Below, in pieces: positions 58,156-64,000 of a stretch of 64,000 nt of DNA. The first letter of the stretch is position 1; every line of letters begins with the position of its first letter. The DNA is from an uncultured Calditrichaceae bacterium. Its GTDB lineage: Bacteria > Calditrichota > Calditrichia > RBG-13-44-9. A program made the position numbers and the translations under genes. The DNA is taken from positions 28,886 to 92,885 of the forward strand of contig CAZBWV010000088.1 of the NCBI GenBank assembly GCA_964495805.1, in the 5' to 3' direction. Under the pieces are notes generated by a model. That model made no database searches and was not told the DNA's origin. It saw only the letters and a program-made list of their open reading frames with translations.

Positions 58156-58171
58156 TGGTACCCGGAATGCA
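58156..58171 (+). promoter_or_regulatory. candidate sigma-54 (-24/-12) element TGGTAC-N5-ATGCA upstream of etfBA
   Basis: The GG and GC dinucleotides have correct 10-bp spacing, matching 5/6 and 4/5 to TGGCAC-N5-TTGCA. It lies about 380 nt upstream of the etfB ATG. Confidence 0.25.
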
Positions 58172-58285
58172 GCGCCATTACTCAGCGCCCAACAGCCTTT
58201 CCGGTAATATGATTTTACTTTCCTGCCTAAAATCAGACAAAAATCATTTAGGGCTCACCGTTCGGAATGCAACATTGCCAAAACA

Positions 58286-58320
58286 ATCCCCCCTATATCC
58301 CCTATGTCCCTACTCCCCTT
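58286..58320. repeat. second locus of the 9-bp CCCCTAT(A/G)T G-tract repeat, about 4 copies
   Basis: atcccccct atatcccct atgtccct actcccct lies in the divergent rplM/etfB intergenic region. The G-rich strand is again the minus strand, upstream of rplM. Confidence 0.5.
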
Positions 58321-58550
58321 GCATCCTCCTTCCCCATCACCAAATTTTAAGAAGGTTTGCATTCCGGATTTCGAGTTATTATTATAGAAATGCGTAAGTT
58401 TATCGGGAAAATTTTCGGAAAAATCACCATCAGGAGTCGTTTAGGATTCCGCACACTTTTTTATTTACGAAAAACGATGGTTTTTCCTTGAATCCCGAGT
58501 AAAAAGCTCAGATCAACAACAACCTTTAATTAATTGAAGGAGGTAAGGCA

Positions 58551-59300
58551 GTGAATATTGCAGTGTGCATTAAACAGGTTCCCGATACGGAGACCCGGCC
58601 GAAGATTGCCGAGAACGGGAAAGAAATGGACAAAACCGGGGTGAAATGGATTGTCAATCCCTATGACGAATTTGCTATCGAAGAGGGATTGCAGCTTACC
58701 GAGAAAAACGGTGGTGAGGTCACCATCATTTCACTGGGATCGAAAGAGATTGAACCCACCATCCGGGCGGCACTGGCTATGGGTGCCAAAAAAGCCATTC
58801 GGATTGAGGGACCGGATAATATCACCGATCCCATGGTAACCGCTCGCGCACTGGCCGAAGTGCTGAAACAGGGCAATTACGACCTGATTCTGTTTGGCAA
58901 ACAGGCTATTGATGACGACATGGCTCAGGTTCCGCAGATGGTAGCAGAATTGCTGGAACTACCCTGTGCCACTGTGGTGGTAAAGCTGGAAATTACCGAC
59001 GGAAAAGCCACCGCCGAACGCGAGGTGGAAGGTGGCAAGGAACGGCTATCGTTCTCCCTGCCGGCAGTTATTTCTGCCCAGAAAGGATTGAACGAACCCC
59101 GTTATCGTTCCCTGAAGGGCATTATGCAGGCCAAGAAAATTCCCATTCAGGTGGTGGAAGCCAATCTGGACCAGTCCAGAATTGAAGTGCTGCAATTGAA
59201 GTATCCTCCCCAGAAGCAACCGGGTAAAATTGTCGGCGAAGGTGCCGACGCAGTACCCGAACTGGTGCGTCTGCTTCACGAAGAGGCAAAAGTCATTTAA
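58551..59300 (+). CDS. etfB: electron transfer flavoprotein beta subunit
   Basis: MNIAVCIKQVPDTE start and EtfB AMP-binding architecture. GGAGG SD. Confidence 0.85.
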   Translation: MNIAVCIKQVPDTETRPKIAENGKEMDKTGVKWIVNPYDEFAIEEGLQLTEKNGGEVTIISLGSKEIEPTIRAALAMGAKKAIRIEGPDNITDPMVTARALAEVLKQGNYDLILFGKQAIDDDMAQVPQMVAELLELPCATVVVKLEITDGKATAEREVEGGKERLSFSLPAVISAQKGLNEPRYRSLKGIMQAKKIPIQVVEANLDQSRIEVLQLKYPPQKQPGKIVGEGADAVPELVRLLHEEAKVI

Positions 59301-59333
59301 TTTCAATTTAGAAAATGAAAGGAGGATACCAAC

Positions 59334-60305
59334 ATGGCAAATGTGTGTGTTGTTTACGAAATTCGCGATCATCAAATAAAAAAAGTGTCGTACGAAGCCA
59401 CCAGTGCTGCGGTTAACGTGGCAGATCAGTTAGGAGGTACCGTCAGTGCACTGCTGATTGGTTCGGGCGTATCGGACCTGGCCAGCGAAGCGGGAAAGTA
59501 CGGAGCCAGCAAAGCGTACGTGGTGGACTCACCGGATTTAGCCACCTATAGTCCCGATGTATTCGCCCGACTCATTGCCAGTGCTGCCCGGGAAATGGGT
59601 GCCACCCACATCTTTATGGGGGCAACTGCCACCGGAAAAGATGTGATGCCCCGTGTCGCGCTGCACCTGAACAGCGCACTGGCTCAGGATATCATCGCTC
59701 TGAACGTGCAGGACGGTAATGTAGTGTACACCCGTCCCATTATTGCCGGTAAATTACACTCGGACATTCAGTTGAACTCGGAGGTTCAACTGGCCACAGT
59801 ACGACCCAACGTGTTTACCGCCACTGAGAAACCCACCGAAACGGAAGTGGTAACGCTGTCCCCGGATGTTCCCTCTCCCCGCGCAGTGGTGGAAGAAGTG
59901 GTCACAGAAGCGGGCGGGAAGTTAGACGTTACCGAAGCGGACATCATCGTGTCCGGTGGTCGGGGAATGAAGGGGCCGGAAAACTGGCATCTTATTGAAA
60001 GCCTGGCCGAAGTGCTGGGAGCTGCCACCGGGGCTTCCCGTGCAGCGGTGGATGCCGGCTGGCGCCCACATGCCGAGCAGGTGGGACAAACAGGAAAAAC
60101 CGTCTCCCCCAGCCTCTACATCGCCTGCGGTATTTCCGGTGCCATTCAACATCTGGCGGGAATGTCTTCCTCCAAATACATCGTTGCCATTAACAAAGAC
60201 CCGGAAGCCCCCATTTTTAAAGTGGCCGATTACGGAATTGTGGGCGATGTGATGGAGGTGCTCCCTCGCCTGACCGAAGAAATCAAAAAATTAAAAGCCG
60301 AATAG
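59334..60305 (+). CDS. etfA: electron transfer flavoprotein alpha subunit
   Basis: C-terminal FAD-binding region ([11 protein letters not shown] ... [17 protein letters not shown]). Confidence 0.85.
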   Translation: MANVCVVYEIRDHQIKKVSYEATSAAVNVADQLGGTVSALLIGSGVSDLASEAGKYGASKAYVVDSPDLATYSPDVFARLIASAAREMGATHIFMGATATGKDVMPRVALHLNSALAQDIIALNVQDGNVVYTRPIIAGKLHSDIQLNSEVQLATVRPNVFTATEKPTETEVVTLSPDVPSPRAVVEEVVTEAGGKLDVTEADIIVSGGRGMKGPENWHLIESLAEVLGAATGASRAAVDAGWRPHAEQVGQTGKTVSPSLYIACGISGAIQHLAGMSSSKYIVAINKDPEAPIFKVADYGIVGDVMEVLPRLTEEIKKLKAE

Positions 60306-60331
60306 TTAACTCTTTCAACCGGAAAAGAAAA

Positions 60332-60358
60332 GGGCGGAAAATTTTCCGCCCTTTTTTA
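60332..60358 (+). terminator. rho-independent terminator after etfA
   Basis: GGGCGGaaaattttCCGCCC followed by TTTTTT. Confidence 0.7.
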
Positions 60359-60428
60359 TTGACCGCCTGTCAGTCAGATTGCTAATCAACCCGCCCAGAA
60401 CGTTTCACCGTGCCCTTTTAAATCAATT

Positions 60429-61688
60429 TTACTCCCACGCTTCAAACTTCTCCACCAGATAATCTTTTTGTTGCTCAAAGATCCGGGCCTGCTGCTGGAT
60501 CACTGCTTCAGCTTCGGAATCACTCAGTTCGGCAACCTCCCGACAATACGAACCAACCCGACCGAAATATAGCGGTGTGATAATATCCACCAATCGCCGC
60601 CGGTTTCGCGACCAGGTCTGGTAAATAAACGCAAAATCGTACAAAATGCGCGCCCACAATTCAGACTGAAATTCCAGCACGTGCTCCTTCTTTGCCTTCT
60701 GATACACAGTTTCCAGACCCTCCAGGTTCTCCCGGGTCAGCACGTTTTCGTACAACGGCCGGAACTGCTCGTAGCCTTCGCAAAACTCCCGTTCCATCTT
60801 GCTTAAAGTGACCGCCACCGGCGGAATTTTCGGAATTTTTTTCAGCTCGTTCCAGATGGGTACCGCACTGTACGGCACATGGTCGCGCCATTTGTTTTCG
60901 TAGGTTCCCATTAAATAAAACATGGTGCTCACAACCTGCTGAAACATCGGTCCCAGGTCTTCGGCCGGGTCTTTGGGATCGTGGATTTTTGCACCCAGGT
61001 TGGCCTGTGTCAGCCGGTAACCTTCCGCAATGGCGGAGGTGGTCATCCAGATGTCGATGCCAAAGCGGGCAACATCGGTTAGCCATACATCCTGCCGGGC
61101 GTAAAAAGCCGCCAGCGTGCCGGAAAAACCAAAATCCCCGCCAATGGGCTGACGAATATCTTTACCATACAATGCGCGCGTCATGGGATACACAATGTGG
61201 TTGGTGATGGTGCCATCGTACTTGTGCCGGGTGTAATACGGGGCGACAAAGTCTGCTTTGCCTTCCAGAACAGGATGTACCAGAAAATGCACCCAATCCG
61301 GTTCGATGCTGCGCAAATCGGCATCCAGAACCGCACAGGCATCCGCTTTGGTGAGTACCGCAAATTCGAATACTGCCCGAAAAGAGGTGCCTTTGCCGGG
61401 AATTCCCCGGTAAATGCTCACCCGCCGGTGTATTTTCTCCGGAATCTTTGCCGCCTCCGCCTCTTCGCGGGTGTCATCCAGCGACCCACCGTCAGAAACC
61501 AGAATCGCCGACCGTTTATCCGGATAAAATTCGGCCAGCCCTTCTCCCACCATCTCCAGCACATGCCGAATGGTATCTTCATTATTAAAAGAAGGAATTC
61601 CAATTAAAATGTCAATCTCCCCCAACTCCTTTCCCCATTCCACCACACTTTTTCGTAAAGCAGAACTGTAATATTTCAGCTTTTTCAT
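60429..61688 (-). CDS. family-2-like glycosyltransferase resembling glucosyl/mannosyl-3-phosphoglycerate synthases
   Basis: GT-A fold markers (ILIGIPSFNNEDTI, DxD-like VLDADL). The overall layout resembles GpgS/MpgS-type enzymes. The assignment is tentative. Confidence 0.5.
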   Translation of the reverse strand: MKKLKYYSSALRKSVVEWGKELGEIDILIGIPSFNNEDTIRHVLEMVGEGLAEFYPDKRSAILVSDGGSLDDTREEAEAAKIPEKIHRRVSIYRGIPGKGTSFRAVFEFAVLTKADACAVLDADLRSIEPDWVHFLVHPVLEGKADFVAPYYTRHKYDGTITNHIVYPMTRALYGKDIRQPIGGDFGFSGTLAAFYARQDVWLTDVARFGIDIWMTTSAIAEGYRLTQANLGAKIHDPKDPAEDLGPMFQQVVSTMFYLMGTYENKWRDHVPYSAVPIWNELKKIPKIPPVAVTLSKMEREFCEGYEQFRPLYENVLTRENLEGLETVYQKAKKEHVLEFQSELWARILYDFAFIYQTWSRNRRRLVDIITPLYFGRVGSYCREVAELSDSEAEAVIQQQARIFEQQKDYLVEKFEAWE

Positions 61689-61864
61689 TGTGCCTCCCGT
61701 TCGAATTCTTTTTTCACGTTACAGTATAGCCTTTTTCGATCGAAAATTCAACGGTTTCTGCGGAAAATTCATTTTTAGTCCCCCATCTGCACGGACAGAG
61801 GGATGAAAAAGAAATTGCCTTACCCGGAAGATTTTCGCTATTTTGAAAATAAAAACAATTTTTC

Positions 61865-62374
61865 ATGAAAACTGACACCATCATCATTGACGGATATAAT
61901 TTAATCAAGCTAAACCTTCAGCACTTTCCGGAGAATCTTTCCCTGGAACAGCAGCGGGAACATTTACTTCGTTTGTTGCACTCTTCTTCCCTGTCGCGCA
62001 ACCACCGCATTCTGGTGGTATTCGATGGTTCGCAGCCGGTGCTACCAGGCAACCGCTTCCGTTACCGGGGGATTCAGGTGCTTTTTTCCGGGTCAGGGAA
62101 AACAGCAGACGACCGCATTCGCCAGTACATTCTGAACTCTCCGCAACCCGAATCCATCGAAGTGGTGACCTCCGACCGGGAAATCCAACACACTGCGCGG
62201 AACCTGGGTTGTCAGATCATCTCTTCTTCCGATTTCTGGAAACAGTTAACTCGCTCGGCGGAACCAGAGAAGCATTCCCGGGAAGTGGGTGAGTCCGATC
62301 GGGAACTCTCTGACCGGGAGGTAAAAGAATGGTTAAACCTGTTCCAGCAACGCGGGGCAGATGATGAAGACTAA
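61865..62374 (+). CDS. YacP-like NYN (PIN-like) domain protein
   Basis: IIIDGYNLI ... ILVVFDG ... VVTSDREIQ are the conserved acidic positions of NYN/YacP. Confidence 0.6.
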   Translation: MKTDTIIIDGYNLIKLNLQHFPENLSLEQQREHLLRLLHSSSLSRNHRILVVFDGSQPVLPGNRFRYRGIQVLFSGSGKTADDRIRQYILNSPQPESIEVVTSDREIQHTARNLGCQIISSSDFWKQLTRSAEPEKHSREVGESDRELSDREVKEWLNLFQQRGADDED

Positions 62375-63683
62375 ACCGGCTTTTTCGCGGAAATTGGTGT
62401 ACGGATTGATTGTGCTGGGCTTTGTCGCCGTGGCACTGATTAATTTTCTGTCCTGGTTTTTCCTGCAGGGACTGAAGACGGAAATCACCGGGGAACTCAA
62501 ATCACAGATCAAACACCTGGGCAACATCTCCACGCGACTGATTAACGGAAACGATCTGGAAAAAATCGTTCCGGGGATGGAAAGCCATCCTCTGGTAATT
62601 TATTACCAGCAATTACTTTACGAACTGAAGCTGCAAAACAACCTGGAAAACATCTTGCTGCTGGACCCGGCCGGTCATCTGTTAGTGGACTTTCGGGTCA
62701 ATTTCCGTATTGGCGATAGCCTGCTGGCTTTCCCCATCCAGCCGGAACTCCTTCGGCAGGCTTCGCTGGGGAAAATTCCTGAGCCCCACCTGCTGCACTG
62801 GAAAGGACAATATTTCCTGACCGCTTACTTCCCTATTTTCAATGATTTAGAGGAACCCACCGGGGTGCTGGTGGTGGATGCACCCATGGAGTTTTTCCGC
62901 ACCCTGTACAAGTTTGAACGCGGTAGTTTATTGTTAGGTGCCAGCGGACTGCTGGTTACCTTCTTGTTCGCCGTACTGGTGATCTGGGCAACCCATCGCC
63001 AGTTACTTGCCGAAGCACGCCTGCGGGAGCAGGAACGGCTGGCACAACTGGGACAGATGGCAGCAACCGTCGCCCACGAAATTCGTAATCCCCTGAGCAT
63101 CATGAAAGGCTCTGCAGAGGTGCTGGCACGGAAATTTGGCCAGCAGGGGCAGGAGATGGTCTCCTTCATCATCGAAGAAATTGATCGACTTAACCGCCTG
63201 GTGGACAATTTTTTGCGCTTTGCCCGGCAACCCCAGCTCAATATGGCGCCCATTTCGCTCCCGGAATTTTTCCAGGAGCTGCTTGCACCCATGCAACCGG
63301 ACGGCGTTCGGGCAGAGATACCGGAAGGCCTGCCCCCGGTTCTGGCGGACCGTGACGCTCTGCAGCAAATTCTGCTAAACCTGATTCGCAATGCCCGGGA
63401 GGCCTGCCAGAAGGATTGTACCATTATCATCACCGCGCAAAGTGTCCGGCGTCCCGGGCGCGGGGTGTTGATTCGGGTTGCAGACACCGGTCCGGGAATT
63501 CCCCCGGAAGTGCTCTCCCGGGTGTTCGAACCGTTTTTTTCCACCCGCGCTACCGGCAGTGGGCTGGGCCTTGCCATCTGCAAACAGCTAACCGAAGCCA
63601 TGGGCGGAACCATCCACATCTCCAGTGAGCCTGGCAAAGGAACCACGGTGAGCGTGTGGTTACCGGAGGGAAAAGCCGCATGA
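62361..63683 (+). CDS. sensor histidine kinase (2 TM + periplasmic domain + HisKA + HATPase_c)
   Basis: H-box ATVAHEIRNPLS, N-box LLNLIRNAREA, G-boxes DTGPGIPPE and GSGLGLAI. It overlaps the NYN gene end by 14 nt. Confidence 0.85.
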   Translation: MMKTKPAFSRKLVYGLIVLGFVAVALINFLSWFFLQGLKTEITGELKSQIKHLGNISTRLINGNDLEKIVPGMESHPLVIYYQQLLYELKLQNNLENILLLDPAGHLLVDFRVNFRIGDSLLAFPIQPELLRQASLGKIPEPHLLHWKGQYFLTAYFPIFNDLEEPTGVLVVDAPMEFFRTLYKFERGSLLLGASGLLVTFLFAVLVIWATHRQLLAEARLREQERLAQLGQMAATVAHEIRNPLSIMKGSAEVLARKFGQQGQEMVSFIIEEIDRLNRLVDNFLRFARQPQLNMAPISLPEFFQELLAPMQPDGVRAEIPEGLPPVLADRDALQQILLNLIRNAREACQKDCTIIITAQSVRRPGRGVLIRVADTGPGIPPEVLSRVFEPFFSTRATGSGLGLAICKQLTEAMGGTIHISSEPGKGTTVSVWLPEGKAA

Positions 63684-63724
63684 ACCACATCATCCACACT
63701 TCATAAATCGAATGCGGAGTTTGT

Positions 63725-64000
63725 ATGATAGAGCTTGCCCGGATTAGTGAAATCTCGTTCTCTCTCAAACCCCTTCTGATGCTGGGAGCATTGATTTTTC
63801 TGGCTTATGCGGAAATTCACTTTCGCTATCCGCATCTGCCCAGCCTGATTTTCCGCAAAGAACCGGAAATTTTGTTCGACCTGCCTTTGCGCAGCCTCCA
63901 CGGAGAAGAAGTGCTTCTTTTCCTGCTGGTCAAAGATGCCGATCGCTTTCCCGTTACACTGATCGACGGAACGGTTAGCGTGTCTGCTGACGCAACAGGT
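63725..64000 (+). CDS. hypothetical membrane protein, 5' part only (runs off the window)
   Basis: ATG at 63725 followed by a hydrophobic segment. Incomplete. Confidence 0.3.
   Translation, partial: MIELARISEISFSLKPLLMLGALIFLAYAEIHFRYPHLPSLIFRKEPEILFDLPLRSLHGEEVLLFLLVKDADRFPVTLIDGTVSVSADATG

Noticed and set aside
62825-63697. 290-aa minus-strand ORF inside the histidine kinase gene
   Set aside because: Shadow ORF of a CDS that has all the HisKA/HATPase boxes. Ser/Arg-rich composition.

Overview
This is a gene-dense bacterial chromosomal window of about 64 kb and roughly 50% GC. I could call about 70 protein genes, and found no rRNA, tRNA or CRISPR array.

The gene content points to an anaerobic or microaerophilic, non-proteobacterial lineage. 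The evidence is a Bacteroides-type Bat aerotolerance operon, a gld-type ABC transporter, System I cytochrome c maturation genes (ccmABCDEF), a tetraheme cytochrome c, NuoE/NuoF-type flavoprotein genes and a UGA-containing Rdx/SelW selenoprotein.

Housekeeping genes present are rlmN, greA, rel (relA/spoT), an FKBP isomerase, trxB, hflKC, a parvulin isomerase, spoVG, lexA, lpxB, frr-pyrH-tsf-rpsB, rpsI-rplM and etfBA.

Regions that look accessory or unusual are listed below.
- A two-gene AAA_21 ATPase plus small-partner cassette sits between rlmN and an orphan NtrC-type regulator. Its architecture resembles OLD/AbiL/PARIS-type defence modules.
- A NuoE-NuoF operon continues into a 1238-aa fusion protein (2Fe-2S, GltD-like NAD(P)H oxidoreductase, NuoG-type FeS clusters, and a formate-dehydrogenase-like domain that lacks the catalytic Cys/Sec). 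A Cys-rich zinc-ribbon protein follows it. The arrangement resembles Stn/Sfr-type candidate electron-bifurcating complexes.
- Inside that operon is a 385-nt intercistronic spacer that is purine-rich on the mRNA strand. It carries a 9-bp tandem G-tract repeat, and a shorter copy of the same repeat lies upstream of rplM.
- A SelW/Rdx gene is missed by the ORF track because of an in-frame TGA.
- A roughly 16-kb co-directional super-operon runs lipoprotein, BatD-like protein, MoxR, DUF58, TPR/SurA-like protein, BatD-like protein, an embedded gldA/F/G-like ABC transporter with a DUF4340 protein, batABCDE, spoVG, then ccm.
- An SOS cassette has lexA followed by an S24 paralog that looks non-cleavable (EG instead of AG at the cleavage site, Arg instead of the catalytic Lys) and then by unknown small proteins.

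Everything here is inferred from reading the sequence and from remembered family signatures. No database search was run.
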